From the NCBI GenBank assembly GCA_963803205.1, contig CAWDLG010000006.1, positions 116,977 through 180,976 on the forward strand: a stretch of DNA of 64,000 nt. Direction: 5' to 3'. The DNA is from Terriglobales bacterium (lineage in GTDB: Bacteria; Acidobacteriota; Terriglobia; Terriglobales; Acidobacteriaceae). Made by a program: the position numbers and the translations under genes. Numbering within the stretch: position 1 is the first letter of the stretch; the number at the start of each line of letters is the position of its first letter. Positions 48,302 to 58,825 of the stretch are shown here, piece by piece. The notes beneath the pieces were generated by a model. The model saw only the letters and a program-made list of their open reading frames with translations. It was not told where the DNA came from and searched no databases.

Positions 48302-49675
48302 TTGAAGTCCGAATCACAACTCGACGATACCCTGCTGCGTTGCATCGGGTGCGGCGCGGTGACCGCGGTTTCCGACTCGGGCTTATCCTGCGCTACTTGT
48401 GGCGATTTGCTGGAGATTGTCTTTCCGCAGTCGAGCGCTTACGGCCAGAAGCGGGAGTTCGAATTCACGCCGGCGGCGCTCAAGGTGCTGTGGCACGAGC
48501 GCCGAAGCTCGCAGCTTGCCGAGGACCAGAGCGGAGTCTGGCGATTTCGAGAAGTTCTTCCTCCGCTCGGACACGGCCATGCGGCGATCACCCTGCATGA
48601 GGGCAACACCCCGCTATACGAACTCTCGCTTTGCGCCCGGATCGCCGGAGTGCGCAACCTTCATGCCAAGCACCAGGGAATGAACCCCACGGGATCATTC
48701 AAGGACACCGGCATGACCGTGGCGGCGTCCTTCGCCCGCAAGGATGGGTTCCGCTGGGTGGCCTGCGCCTCCACCGGAAATACATCGGCTTCCATGGCGG
48801 CCTACGCGGCGCGGGGAGGCATGCGCAGTCTGGTCCTGATTCCCGAAGGCAAGATTTCCTGGAGCAAACTTTCGCAGTCTCTCGACTACGGCGCGGTGAC
48901 CTGCCAGCTCAAGACGGATTTCGACGGCTGTGTGCGGGTGCTGAACGAAATCGTCCAGCGGATGCCGATCTACCTGCTGAATTCGATCAACCCTTTTCGG
49001 GTCGAAGGGCAGAAGACCGTCGCTTTCGAGTTGATGGAGCAGTTCGGATGGTCCGTGCCCGACCACATCATCGTTCCCGGAGGCAATCTGGGAAATTGTT
49101 CGGCGTTGGGCAAGGCATTCCTCGAGATGGTGGAGATCGGGCTGATCCGACATTTGCCGAAGATCTCGGTCATTCAGGCGGAAGGGGCGAATGCCCTGCT
49201 CCGGACATTGCGTGAAAAGCATGGGAAGGAACTGGTAAGAGTGCGGGCGGAGACCATGGCCACGGCCATTCGCATCGGCAGTCCCGCATCGTGGAAAAAA
49301 GCCATCCGCATTCTGGAGGCTACCGGAGGCGTGGTCGAGCAGGTCTCGGAGGTCGAGATCGCGCTTGCCAAGGCGGAAATCGGGGCGGATGGCATCGGCT
49401 GTGAGCCGGCGTCTGCGGTAACGCTCGCCGGATTGAAGAAACTGGTCAAGCAGGGTTTTGTGAAGCCGAACGAGAGAGTGGTTCTGGTGCTCACCGGTCA
49501 CCTGCTGAAGGATCCGGACTTCATTCTGAAGTTTCACCGGGGCGACCTGTTCACCGGCACCGCATACGAACAGCAGGCCGCGATTCTGGCCCCGCGGCAG
49601 CGCGCGCCCATCGTGCTGGATGCGTCCGCTGACGCTGTTCTCAGGACGCTCGAAGCGGCCGAGAAAGCATCCTGA
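48302..49675 (+). CDS. thrC: threonine synthase
   Basis: TTG start. N-terminal CxxC...CxxC zinc-ribbon-like segment. PLP motif NPTGSFKDTGM, GNTSASMAAYAA, and GGNLGN. It is followed by thrB. Confidence 0.9.
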   Translation: MKSESQLDDTLLRCIGCGAVTAVSDSGLSCATCGDLLEIVFPQSSAYGQKREFEFTPAALKVLWHERRSSQLAEDQSGVWRFREVLPPLGHGHAAITLHEGNTPLYELSLCARIAGVRNLHAKHQGMNPTGSFKDTGMTVAASFARKDGFRWVACASTGNTSASMAAYAARGGMRSLVLIPEGKISWSKLSQSLDYGAVTCQLKTDFDGCVRVLNEIVQRMPIYLLNSINPFRVEGQKTVAFELMEQFGWSVPDHIIVPGGNLGNCSALGKAFLEMVEIGLIRHLPKISVIQAEGANALLRTLREKHGKELVRVRAETMATAIRIGSPASWKKAIRILEATGGVVEQVSEVEIALAKAEIGADGIGCEPASAVTLAGLKKLVKQGFVKPNERVVLVLTGHLLKDPDFILKFHRGDLFTGTAYEQQAAILAPRQRAPIVLDASADAVLRTLEAAEKAS

Positions 49676-49751
49676 TCGAAGGCCGCCGGTTCGTTGCTCC
49701 TTCGCGAGCTGCTCTTATCCCCGGCTGCATTTCTTGAGTCAGTTTCACGCG

Positions 49752-50711
49752 ATGAAACGCAGAAGATTCCAATCGCGAAGGGCAGCGGAGTTCGCATTTC
49801 CCGCGACATCCGCCAACCTTGGCCCGGCTTTTGACGCGGCGGCGCTGGCTTTTGGGCTCGAGCTTAAGGTCCGGGCTCGTTTGGCAGATGACTTTTCGAT
49901 TACCGCTCGGGGCCGCGACTCCGATATCTGCGGCTGCCTGCAAGACCATCTGATCCTGACCACTTACCGAGACGTCCTGGGCTCCGAAGGAAAAACGTCG
50001 CAACCGCTGGAGATCGAGATCGACAACCAGATTCCCATCGGCAAGGGCTGCGGATCATCGGCATCGGCGCGGTTGGCCGGCATCTCCCTGGCGGTACACT
50101 TCGGCGGTCTGCGCTGGAGCGACAGCCGCATCATCGGAGAGGCGTCGCGACGGGAACATCATCCCGACAACGCCTCTGCCTGCTGGATGGGCGGTTTAAC
50201 CGTGGCCAAAATGCTGGGCGAGAGCGAAGCACAGGTCGTGGATGTAGCCCCGAAGGGAAAGTGGCCGTTGCTGCTCGCTGTCCCCGACGCTCCGCTTGCC
50301 ACGGAAGAAGCGCGCAGGGTGCTCCCGGCTCAATATTCACGCGCGGATGCGGTGGCTAACATTCAGAACTCCATGCTGCTGCTGGCGGCGTTTGCGCAGG
50401 GGCGTGGTGAGGTGCTCGCCTCGGCGCTGGAAGACCGCATTCACCAGCCGTATCGAGCGCCGTTGTGTCCGCTTCTGCCAGCCTTACAGGAGTTGGCGGG
50501 CACGCCGGGGATCTTGGGGGCCGCTTTGAGCGGTGCCGGCCCGTCGGTCCTGATATTTCTGGACCCCAAAAAAGGGACTGCCAGAACGCAGCGCATGGTT
50601 GCCGATCACTTGCGGAAGCGGGGACTAAGTGCAGAGTTGATTCCTACCGCCATAACGGCTCGTGGAGGACGCCATTCAAAAGCCTTGTCTGGCAGGCCCA
50701 GCCGCCGATAG
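49752..50711 (+). CDS. thrB: homoserine kinase (GHMP family)
   Basis: ATG at 49752 within ORF 49620-50711. Motifs: PATSANLGPAFDA, the GHMP motif PIGKGCGSSAS, and LSGAGPSV. Confidence 0.85.
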   Translation: MKRRRFQSRRAAEFAFPATSANLGPAFDAAALAFGLELKVRARLADDFSITARGRDSDICGCLQDHLILTTYRDVLGSEGKTSQPLEIEIDNQIPIGKGCGSSASARLAGISLAVHFGGLRWSDSRIIGEASRREHHPDNASACWMGGLTVAKMLGESEAQVVDVAPKGKWPLLLAVPDAPLATEEARRVLPAQYSRADAVANIQNSMLLLAAFAQGRGEVLASALEDRIHQPYRAPLCPLLPALQELAGTPGILGAALSGAGPSVLIFLDPKKGTARTQRMVADHLRKRGLSAELIPTAITARGGRHSKALSGRPSRR

Positions 50712-50848
50712 CACGGTTCCGGCCCTATTGCCCGCCACTCAGGCCATTATTTATGGTGATGGCTGGAAAGACGCTGTTCCCGAACCCATGTTCTTGTTAA
50801 AATTGCCGTTCTGAGAGAGTGCCGCAACATCAGGGAGACTGACCGCTT

Positions 50849-51109
50849 ATGGCATATGTGATTGCAGAACCGTGCATCGGAACCAAAGATACCGCCTGCG
50901 TGGATGCCTGCCCGGTAGATTGCATCCATCCCAAGAAGGACGAGGAGGGCTACGCCGCCGACGAGATGCTTTACATCGATCCGGTGGAGTGTATCGATTG
51001 CGGCGCCTGCGTTCCGGTTTGCCCGGTCTCAGCCATCTTTGTGCTCGATGACCTGCCAGAAAAGTGGAAGAACTTCACTCAGCGCAACGCTGAATACTAC
51101 GGGCGCTAA
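50849..51109 (+). CDS. fdxA: ferredoxin (3Fe-4S/4Fe-4S, FdxA-like)
   Basis: MAYVIAEPCIGTKDTACVDACPVDCIHP... followed by CIDCGACVPVCPVSAI. Confidence 0.9.
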   Translation: MAYVIAEPCIGTKDTACVDACPVDCIHPKKDEEGYAADEMLYIDPVECIDCGACVPVCPVSAIFVLDDLPEKWKNFTQRNAEYYGR

Positions 51110-51287
51110 GTCCATCCCAGATTTCCTCAGGGCGCAAGTGTGCGTGATGGCGCCGGCAGTCAGTCCCTGCACCTCCGCCCGCAGTGCCTAACGTGAATTG
51201 CTGCAAGCGGATGGCCCAGGTTTTTGGCTCCTGCTGACTGCCAAGCGCCGCTTCCGATACAATCAGGGATTAAACTGCTGGGCTTCC

Positions 51288-52034
51288 ATGGCACTGAAGG
51301 AGTCGGAAGCGATCATCCTGCGGACCTATCCTTTGCGTGAGGCCGACCTGCTGGTCACGTTGTTCACTCGCACGGAAGGAAAAGTACGGGGCGTGGCGCG
51401 CTCCGCCAAGAGGTCTAAAAAGCGGTTTGGGGGCGCGCTGGAGCCGCTGACTTACGTCCGGGCGTACTACGAGGACAAGGAGCGCCAGGAGCTTGCGAGG
51501 CTGGATTCCTGTGAAGTGCTGGAGTCCCCTCTGGCGACCCAGGTAACGTATCCCAGGGCTGTGGCCTTGGGCCACGTGGCGGAACTTCTGGATGAGCTGC
51601 TGCCCGACAGGGAAGCCAACGACGACGTGTTCCGGCTGGCGCTGGCGGTGCTTGCGGGTTTGCGGGGTTCCGAGGTCTGGCTTCCGGTTACGTATTTCGA
51701 GCTGTGGCTGACCCGCCTGATGGGGTATCTGCCCGAGTTTTCCGAATGCGTGGTCTGCGGACGGGCACTGAACGGGGACCGCGCGTATTTTCACGCGCTG
51801 TCTGACGGGCTGATGTGCGGCGAAGACAAGCGGCTCGCGTCCTCGGAGATATCGGCTGAATCAAGGGCGCTGGCCAGGCAAATGTTCCGCGCGCCGATGG
51901 AAAGCCTCGCTGGTTCGTCGTGGCCGAAGGAGCGGGGAGCCGACTTACGGAAGCTTTTGATACAGATCCTTCAGCGCCACATCGAGAAGAAGCTGATTAC
52001 AGCCGGAATGCTGGAGAAGATCAGCAGTTGTTGA
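51288..52034 (+). CDS. recO: DNA repair protein RecO
   Basis: The ATG at 51288 gives [41 protein letters not shown] (the RecO OB-fold start). It has a zinc-finger-like CVVCG...C. Confidence 0.85.
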   Translation: MALKESEAIILRTYPLREADLLVTLFTRTEGKVRGVARSAKRSKKRFGGALEPLTYVRAYYEDKERQELARLDSCEVLESPLATQVTYPRAVALGHVAELLDELLPDREANDDVFRLALAVLAGLRGSEVWLPVTYFELWLTRLMGYLPEFSECVVCGRALNGDRAYFHALSDGLMCGEDKRLASSEISAESRALARQMFRAPMESLAGSSWPKERGADLRKLLIQILQRHIEKKLITAGMLEKISSC

Positions 52035-52074
52035 ACCCACGCGGGCAATTGCAAAGAGGGGTCTGACGGCAAAA

Positions 52075-53109
52075 ATGCCGATCGCGCCTTCCAACTCGCC
52101 GACCTTTCAGGAGTTGATCCTGCGCCTGCAGGCATTCTGGGCGGAGCGGGGCTGCGTGCTTCAACAGCCCTACGACGTCGAAGTCGGTGCAGGCACCATG
52201 GCCCCGGAGACGTTTCTTCGCGTGCTCGGGCCAAGACCCTACAAAGTGGCCTATGTTCAGCCTTCGCGGCGCCCCGCGGACGGGAGATACGGCGAGAACC
52301 CCAATCGCTTGTTCAAGCACATGCAGCTTCAAGTCATCCTGAAGCCTCCGCCGGAGAATGTGCAGGAGCTTTATTTGGAGTCACTGGCCGCCATGGGGAT
52401 CGACTTGCGCCAGCATGACATCAAGTTTGAGGAGGACAACTGGGAATCCCCCACGCTTGGCGCCTGGGGAATTGGCTGGCAGGTGATGCTGGACGGGCTG
52501 GAGATTACGCAGTTCACCTACTTTCAGCAGTGCGGCGGCGTCGACCTGGAGCCGATTTCCGCGGAGCTGACCTACGGGCTGGAGCGGATCGCCGCGTTTT
52601 TACAGGATGTCGATTCGATCTACGACATCGTGTGGTCGCGCGATCCGGAGAGCGGGAAGGTTGTCACCTGCGGCGATGTGCGGCTGGCGGACGAACTCCA
52701 GTTTTCGGTTTACAACTTCGAATTTGCGGACGTCGAGAAGGCGTGGAAGCACTTCGAGCTCTACGAGTCCGAGTGCAAGGCTCTCCTGGAAAAATATTCC
52801 GCGTTGGCTCAGAGCAAAGAGGTCTCCGCTTCCGAAAAGGCGAGGTTTCCCTTGCTCGGCGCCTACGATCTTTGCTTGAAGTGCTCGCACTTGTTTAACA
52901 TCCTCGACGCCCGCGGCGCGATCTCGGTGACCGAACGCGTCGGGGTGATTGCCCGGGTTCGTGCTCTTGCTGTGGCAATCGCCAAGGCGTACGTCGATCA
53001 GCAGAGCGGACCCAAGGCTGAGGATCAACACCAAGCTGCGGCGGGGAAGAAGGCCAGGACGCCCGAAAACCGGCCCCAGAAACAGAAGCTGACTCCCGTA
53101 GTCAACTGA
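52075..53109 (+). CDS. glyQ: glycine--tRNA ligase alpha subunit
   Basis: [43 protein letters not shown]...[14 protein letters not shown]...GWEV. It carries an approx. 40-aa hydrophilic C-terminal extension. Confidence 0.95.
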   Translation: MPIAPSNSPTFQELILRLQAFWAERGCVLQQPYDVEVGAGTMAPETFLRVLGPRPYKVAYVQPSRRPADGRYGENPNRLFKHMQLQVILKPPPENVQELYLESLAAMGIDLRQHDIKFEEDNWESPTLGAWGIGWQVMLDGLEITQFTYFQQCGGVDLEPISAELTYGLERIAAFLQDVDSIYDIVWSRDPESGKVVTCGDVRLADELQFSVYNFEFADVEKAWKHFELYESECKALLEKYSALAQSKEVSASEKARFPLLGAYDLCLKCSHLFNILDARGAISVTERVGVIARVRALAVAIAKAYVDQQSGPKAEDQHQAAAGKKARTPENRPQKQKLTPVVN

Positions 53110-53176
53110 GGCTGTTTACCAGCTCAAAACAGGAGATGAAGGCTCTGTCTTGTGGCGCATGTTGTAAAGGTTTACG

Positions 53177-55321
53177 ATGCCCGATCTTTTGGTGGAAATC
53201 GGTTGTGAGGAAATCCCGGCGCGGATGATCGCCGGCGCCTCGCAGGAGCTTGGCAAGCGCGTAGGAGACCTGCTGCGCCGCGAACGCCTTTCTTCGGGCA
53301 CGGTAATCTCGTTGGACACGCCCAGGCGGCTGGCCGTTATCGGCTCTTCGATTTCCGCGGAACAGCCGAGTGTGACCGAGCAATTGACTGGTCCGGCAGT
53401 CAGTATTGCCTTCAAGGACGGCCAGCCCACAGGCGCCGCACTGGCGTTCGCCAAGAAGGCCGGGGTCGAAGTTGCGCAACTGGAGAAGGTCACGACGCCG
53501 AAGGGGGAATACCTCGCGGCAACCGTCAGCCGAAAAGGCAGGCACGCGGCGGAAATTCTTGGGGAACTTCTTCCCAAGGAAATCAACTCTCTCTACTGGC
53601 CGAAATCCATGTACTGGCAGCGGCCGAGCGAGCGTTTCATTCGTCCGATCCGCTGGGTCGTTGCCATGCTCGACGGTCAGGTAGTTCCGCTTGAGATCGA
53701 CGGCGTCCGCGCGGGGAACGCGTCGCGAGGCCATCGCGTCATCGGGCCGGCGCAGATTTCGATTCTCAACGCTTCCTCTTATGCGGATACATTGCGGGGC
53801 GCTAAGGTCCTGGGGGCGGAGGAGCGGCTGCGCCAGATCCGGCAGTCTCTCGACGCCGCCACGCGGACGGTTTCCGGCGCGCGCTGGCGTGAGGACACCC
53901 TTCTGCTCGATACCGTCGTCAACCTCACGGAGTTTCCCTGCGCGATCCTCGGCGGCTTCGATCCCGAATTCCTGACCCTGCCTGAGGAAGTCCTGGTCAC
54001 CGTGATGCGGGATCACCAGAAGTATTTCGCGGTCGAGGACTCCAGCGGCAAGCTGCTGCCTTATTTTCTGGCGGTGCTGAACACCGACGGCGACCCCCAG
54101 GGAATCATTCGCCACGGCCACGAGCGGGTGCTGCGTGCCCGCTTTAACGATGCCCGTTTCTTCTGGGAGACCGATCAGAAACACCCGTTGCGCGAGCGAT
54201 TTCAGTGGCTCAAAAAAGTCACGTTCCAGAAAGATCTCGGCAACTATCACGAGAAGATGCTGCGCGTGCAGCGCCTGTGCAGCTGGATTTCACAGATCCT
54301 GAAGCAGGGCAACTTTCCGATTCGCCCCGGTGTGGTTCACAAAGCGGCGCTCCTGGCCAAGACCGACCTCACGACCGAACTGGTCAAGGAATTCACCGAG
54401 CTTCAGGGGGTGGTCGGCGGCCTGTATGCGCGGGTGCAGGAACTGGACAGCGGCCTGGCCGATGAAACGCGGGCGGCCATCGCCACCGCCGTCTACGATC
54501 ACTACAAACCGGTTTCCATGGAAGATCCCGTCCCCCGGACCACCGAGGGCGCGGTGCTCTCGATTGCCGACAAGGCCGACAGTATCGTCGGAATGTTTGG
54601 GCTTGGGTTGCAGCCTACCGGTTCGAAGGACCCGTTTGCGCTGCGCCGGCAAGCCAATGGGATCGTGCGCATCATCGCCGAGCACAAGCTGCCCCTGCGG
54701 CTGGACCAGCTCTTCGAAGACGCCCGCGAAGCTTACCGTGGCTCGTCGGCAGAAAAGAAGTTTTCGGCGGCCGACAGTTCCAGGCAGATCGCCGAATTCC
54801 TGCGCGAGCGGGTCGAGTTCTACCTGCGCGAAGGCCTCGGATTCAAGTACGATGTTGTGAACGCCGTGCTGGCCGCTGATTCTGACGACGTGGTGGATGC
54901 GGCGGCGCGGGCGGGAGCGGTTTCCGCCGTACGCGCATCAGCCGATTTCGAGTCGATTTCCGTTGCCTTCAAGCGGGTCAAGAATATCCTCCGGCAGGCG
55001 CGTGAAAGCGGCAAAGAAATCGGGGGGGCCGTCGACTCCTCGGCGCTGACGGAAGACGCCGAGAAGGAACTGGCTGCACAGATTCCCCAAACCGTGGAAG
55101 CGGTGGAAGCATTCCGCGGGGACAAGAAGTACGACGAGGCGCTACTGGAGGTCTCACGGCTGCGCGGTCCTGTGGACAGGTTTTTCGACAAGGTGATGGT
55201 GATGGTCGACGACCAGCGCGTGCGGGCGAACCGCCTGGCGCTGTTGCAGACGCTGCTGAAAGAGTTCTCCACCATCGCCGATTTCTCTGAGATTGTGACC
55301 GAAGGTACAAAAGAATCTTAA
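53177..55321 (+). CDS. glyS: glycine--tRNA ligase beta subunit
   Basis: MPDLLVEIGCEEIPARM..., the central QKDLGNYHEKMLRV, ELQGVVGG.YA, and FALRR. It is adjacent to glyQ. Confidence 0.95.
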   Translation: MPDLLVEIGCEEIPARMIAGASQELGKRVGDLLRRERLSSGTVISLDTPRRLAVIGSSISAEQPSVTEQLTGPAVSIAFKDGQPTGAALAFAKKAGVEVAQLEKVTTPKGEYLAATVSRKGRHAAEILGELLPKEINSLYWPKSMYWQRPSERFIRPIRWVVAMLDGQVVPLEIDGVRAGNASRGHRVIGPAQISILNASSYADTLRGAKVLGAEERLRQIRQSLDAATRTVSGARWREDTLLLDTVVNLTEFPCAILGGFDPEFLTLPEEVLVTVMRDHQKYFAVEDSSGKLLPYFLAVLNTDGDPQGIIRHGHERVLRARFNDARFFWETDQKHPLRERFQWLKKVTFQKDLGNYHEKMLRVQRLCSWISQILKQGNFPIRPGVVHKAALLAKTDLTTELVKEFTELQGVVGGLYARVQELDSGLADETRAAIATAVYDHYKPVSMEDPVPRTTEGAVLSIADKADSIVGMFGLGLQPTGSKDPFALRRQANGIVRIIAEHKLPLRLDQLFEDAREAYRGSSAEKKFSAADSSRQIAEFLRERVEFYLREGLGFKYDVVNAVLAADSDDVVDAAARAGAVSAVRASADFESISVAFKRVKNILRQARESGKEIGGAVDSSALTEDAEKELAAQIPQTVEAVEAFRGDKKYDEALLEVSRLRGPVDRFFDKVMVMVDDQRVRANRLALLQTLLKEFSTIADFSEIVTEGTKES

Positions 55322-55336
55322 AGACAAAGGACGGAT

Positions 55337-58075
55337 ATGGCGACCAGCACTCTCTCCGCAACTGACGAACAGCAGACTCCGACGAAGGGCACGAAGTATG
55401 TCTATTCATTCGGCGGCGGCAAAGCCGATGGGCACGGCAAGATGAAAGAGGAACTCGGCGGCAAGGGCGCCGGACTGGCAGAGATGACCAACGCCGCGCT
55501 GCCGGTGCCTCCGGGATTCACCATCCAGACCGAGGCCTGTCGTGAGTACATGCGTAAGAACGGTGTCTCAGCCGAAGTGGATCGCCAGATGGAAGAAGCT
55601 TTGCACCGGCTGGAAGAGTTGCAAGGCCAGAAACTCGGAAAGGGCGAGAATCCGCTGCTGGTGAGCGTGCGCTCGGGCGCGAAGTTCTCCATGCCGGGCA
55701 TGATGGACACCATTCTGAACCTCGGACTCAATGACAACAGCGTCGAGGCTTTGGCCAAGCGCGCCAAAAATCCGCGGTTTGCTTACGACTCCTACCGCCG
55801 CCTGATTCAGATGTTCGGAAATGTGGTGCTGGAGATTCCCAAGCACGCGTTCGATGAAGTGTTCGACGCCAAGAAAAAACAGAAGAAGGCCAAACTGGAC
55901 ACCGATCTCGACGCCAAGGCCCTGAAGGAAGTCATCGAGGAGTACAAGAAGGTCGTCAAGAAGCACACCAAGCGCGACTTTCCGCAGGATTCGAACGAGC
56001 AACTGGTGATGGCGCGCGACGCCGTCTTCCGCTCCTGGCAGAACGACCGGGCCAAGCACTACCGCCGCATCAACAACATCGACGACATGCTGGGCACCGC
56101 CGTGAATGTGCAGGCCATGGTGTTCGGCAATCTTGGCGATACCAGCGGCACCGGCGTCGGTTTCACCCGCAACCCCGCCACCGGCGTAAAGGAGTTTTAT
56201 GGTGAGTTCCTGATGAATGCCCAGGGCGAGGATGTGGTGGCGGGAATCAGAACGCCGGTCCCGATTCTCGAATTGCAGAAGATCATGCCCAAGGTCTACG
56301 ACCAGCTGCGGGAGATTACCAGCCGCCTGGAAAATCACTATCGCGACATGCAGGATTTCGAGTTCACCATCCAGGAAGGCAAGCTTTACATGCTGCAAAC
56401 CCGCAACGGCAAGCGGACAGGCTTGGCCGCGGTGCGAGTGGCGATTCAGATGGTTGATGAAGGGCTGATCACGAAGGAAGAGGCAATCTTCCGCGTCGAG
56501 CCAAACCAGCTCTACGACTTCCTGGTTCCCCGCCTGGATGAGAAGAAGACCAAGGTGGAAGTGCTCGCAACGGGCTTGCCCGCCTCACCCGGCGCAGCTG
56601 TCGGTCAGATCGTTTTCACGGCGGATGAAGCTGTCGAGAAGGCCGGCCACGGCGCAAAGAAGAATCCCGTCATCCTGGTTCGTGCCGAGACCACTCCGGA
56701 AGACATTCACGGAATGGAAGTGGCGGCAGGAATTCTTACTTCGCGCGGCGGCATGACCAGCCACGCTGCTGTCGTGACCCGCGGCATGGGCAAGTGCTGC
56801 GTGGCAGGGGCGGGCGATATCCACGTCAGCGAAAAGAACCGCGAGATGCAGGTGAAAGGGCAAGTGTTCAAGGGGGGAGACTGGATTTCTCTCGACGGCA
56901 CCACCGGGCGCGTCATCAAGGGCAAGCTCGACACTCTGCCGCCGAAGGCGGACGATCCCGAATTGCAAAAGCTGATGGGCTGGGCGGAACCGTTCCGCAA
57001 GCTGAAAGTGCGCGCCAATGCCGACATTCCGCGCGATGCCATCCAGGCCCGGGCATTCGGCGCCGAAGGCATTGGACTGTGCCGAACCGAGCACATGTTC
57101 TTCGGCGAGAAGAAACTGCCGCACATGCGGGCCATGATTCTCGCTAACAACGAGAAGGATCGCCGTGCAGCTTTGAAGAAGCTGCTTCCCCTGCAACGGG
57201 AGGACTTCATCGGTGTTTTCCGCGCCATGGACGGCTTCCCGGTGACCATCCGCACCCTGGATCCGCCTCTGCATGAGTTCCTGCCTCGGCGCGAAGACCT
57301 CATGGTCGAGATCGCGGTGCTCGAAGCCACCAAGCCGAAGAGCGGCAAACTCAAGGAACTGAGAACTCTCCTCCGCCGCGTGGAGGAACTGCACGAGTTC
57401 AATCCCATGCTCGGCCATCGCGGTTGTCGTCTCGGCATTACCTATCCGGAAATCACCGAGATGCAGGCTCGCGCTATCTTCGAGGCTGCGGTTGCGGTCG
57501 CGAAGGACGGAGTAAAAGTTTTTCCCGAAGTCATGATTCCGCTGACGGCCACGCTGAAGGAAATGGCGAACCAGGCCGCGATCGTGAATCGCGTGGCTCA
57601 GGAAGTATTCAAGGAAAAGGAAAGGACTGTCGACTACCTGGTCGGCACGATGATTGAGTTGCCGCGCGCTGCCCTGGTGGCGGATGAAATCGCGAAAGAG
57701 GCGCAGTTCTTCTCCTTCGGGACAAACGACCTCACCCAGACCACTTTCGGCTTTTCGCGCGACGACGTCAACAAGGTCCTCCCCACCTATCTCGAAGAGG
57801 GGATTCTGAAGCAGGATCCCTTTGCGGTGCTCGATCGCGAGGGCGTCGGCCAGTTGGTGAAGATGGCAACTGAACGGGGCCGCAAGACTCGGCCTGACCT
57901 GAAAGTCGGAATCTGCGGCGAACATGGTGGCGAGCCTTCGTCCGTCGAGTTCTGCCACCAGACTGGTCTGAACTACGTGTCCTGCTCGCCGTTCCGGGTG
58001 CTTACCGCGCGTCTGGCGGCGGCTCAGGCTTCAGCGACCGAAAAGCTGAAAGTTGAGGGCGGACGGACGAAATAG
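55337..58075 (+). CDS. ppdK: pyruvate, phosphate dikinase
   Basis: 912 aa. Motifs: GGKGAGLAEMT, the phospho-His motif GGMTSHAAVVTRGMGK, the PEP-utilizing C-terminal GLCRTEHMF, and FFSFGTNDLTQ. Confidence 0.95.
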   Translation: MATSTLSATDEQQTPTKGTKYVYSFGGGKADGHGKMKEELGGKGAGLAEMTNAALPVPPGFTIQTEACREYMRKNGVSAEVDRQMEEALHRLEELQGQKLGKGENPLLVSVRSGAKFSMPGMMDTILNLGLNDNSVEALAKRAKNPRFAYDSYRRLIQMFGNVVLEIPKHAFDEVFDAKKKQKKAKLDTDLDAKALKEVIEEYKKVVKKHTKRDFPQDSNEQLVMARDAVFRSWQNDRAKHYRRINNIDDMLGTAVNVQAMVFGNLGDTSGTGVGFTRNPATGVKEFYGEFLMNAQGEDVVAGIRTPVPILELQKIMPKVYDQLREITSRLENHYRDMQDFEFTIQEGKLYMLQTRNGKRTGLAAVRVAIQMVDEGLITKEEAIFRVEPNQLYDFLVPRLDEKKTKVEVLATGLPASPGAAVGQIVFTADEAVEKAGHGAKKNPVILVRAETTPEDIHGMEVAAGILTSRGGMTSHAAVVTRGMGKCCVAGAGDIHVSEKNREMQVKGQVFKGGDWISLDGTTGRVIKGKLDTLPPKADDPELQKLMGWAEPFRKLKVRANADIPRDAIQARAFGAEGIGLCRTEHMFFGEKKLPHMRAMILANNEKDRRAALKKLLPLQREDFIGVFRAMDGFPVTIRTLDPPLHEFLPRREDLMVEIAVLEATKPKSGKLKELRTLLRRVEELHEFNPMLGHRGCRLGITYPEITEMQARAIFEAAVAVAKDGVKVFPEVMIPLTATLKEMANQAAIVNRVAQEVFKEKERTVDYLVGTMIELPRAALVADEIAKEAQFFSFGTNDLTQTTFGFSRDDVNKVLPTYLEEGILKQDPFAVLDREGVGQLVKMATERGRKTRPDLKVGICGEHGGEPSSVEFCHQTGLNYVSCSPFRVLTARLAAAQASATEKLKVEGGRTK

Positions 58076-58087
58076 GTCTTCGTTATG

Positions 58088-58128
58088 GGGAAGCACAGCG
58101 GGCGACCTGTGCTTCCCTCGATTTTTTT
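58088..58128 (+). terminator. Rho-independent terminator after ppdK
   Basis: The 11-bp stem GGGAAGCACAG / CTGTGCTTCCC has an 8-nt loop, followed by TCGATTTTTTT. The T-tract overlaps the stop codon of the convergent gene. Confidence 0.75.
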
Positions 58129-58717
58129 ATTGAATTCTTTGCAGTCTTGAGATCAGTTTCTGCGCCAGGCTCTCGCCCGACTCTGACCATAGCAAGCGCG
58201 CATTCGCTCCTGACGCTTGCTCGAGCTTGACACTGAATTCCACTAACTTGTGGACATTCGCCTTCACGCGCTCCTCGGCCTCAAGTGTTAGCTGCACCTC
58301 TTCGTGCAAAAACGGCGTGTCCAATCCCAGATCGACCTGAACGTGGCCTTCCTGTTCGTACGCGCCTTCGTCGAACTGCTCTCCCCGGGCGATAAACCTG
58401 ACGCCCGAGGGCAGCAGCTTCCATTCCCGGGTTTCCGTGAGAATCCAGAGATCCCACGCCGCTTCGAAGCAATACCCGTAGTCGTCGTGCAGGGCGTCGG
58501 AGGCGATTAAAACGGCTTCCTCCGGCCTCACTCCGGGCCGGAAACGCTGTTCGAGCGTCGTTGGCTCATTCCATGACACCGGATGCAGCGCCAGGTAGCT
58601 GATGCCCGGCTGCTCGGCGGAAAACGGAAACTGGCGCATCACCGAGAGCGCATGCGGCAGGACGTCCTCCACATCGAACTCGGGAAACCACAAGCTGAGA
58701 TAGAGAGGGTCGGCCAT
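58127..58717 (-). CDS. hypothetical acidic cytoplasmic protein (196 aa); I recognise no family
   Basis: ATG-initiated ORF with GC-rich third codon positions like its neighbours. The only competing ORF is the spurious 5' extension of the mqnE-like gene. It has no TM segment or signal peptide. Confidence 0.55.
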   Translation of the reverse strand: MADPLYLSLWFPEFDVEDVLPHALSVMRQFPFSAEQPGISYLALHPVSWNEPTTLEQRFRPGVRPEEAVLIASDALHDDYGYCFEAAWDLWILTETREWKLLPSGVRFIARGEQFDEGAYEQEGHVQVDLGLDTPFLHEEVQLTLEAEERVKANVHKLVEFSVKLEQASGANARLLWSESGESLAQKLISRLQRIQ

Positions 58718-58825
58718 GTCAGGATTTACCGCTTCGAACTCCCCTTTTTATCACGGATGGGCCTCCGTTCCTGTCCTCGCGCTGGCCAATACCTCTATTG
58801 CGCGGCTGCGGTATCATCAGTAGAG

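Noticed and set aside
50721-50733. A lone CAATAGGG-like box (minus strand, GGCAATAGGGCC) in the thrB-ferredoxin spacer.
   Set aside because: It is a single half-site with no partner repeat and no TTGACA-N18-TACAGT module, and it is next to unrelated housekeeping genes. It is most likely a chance match.
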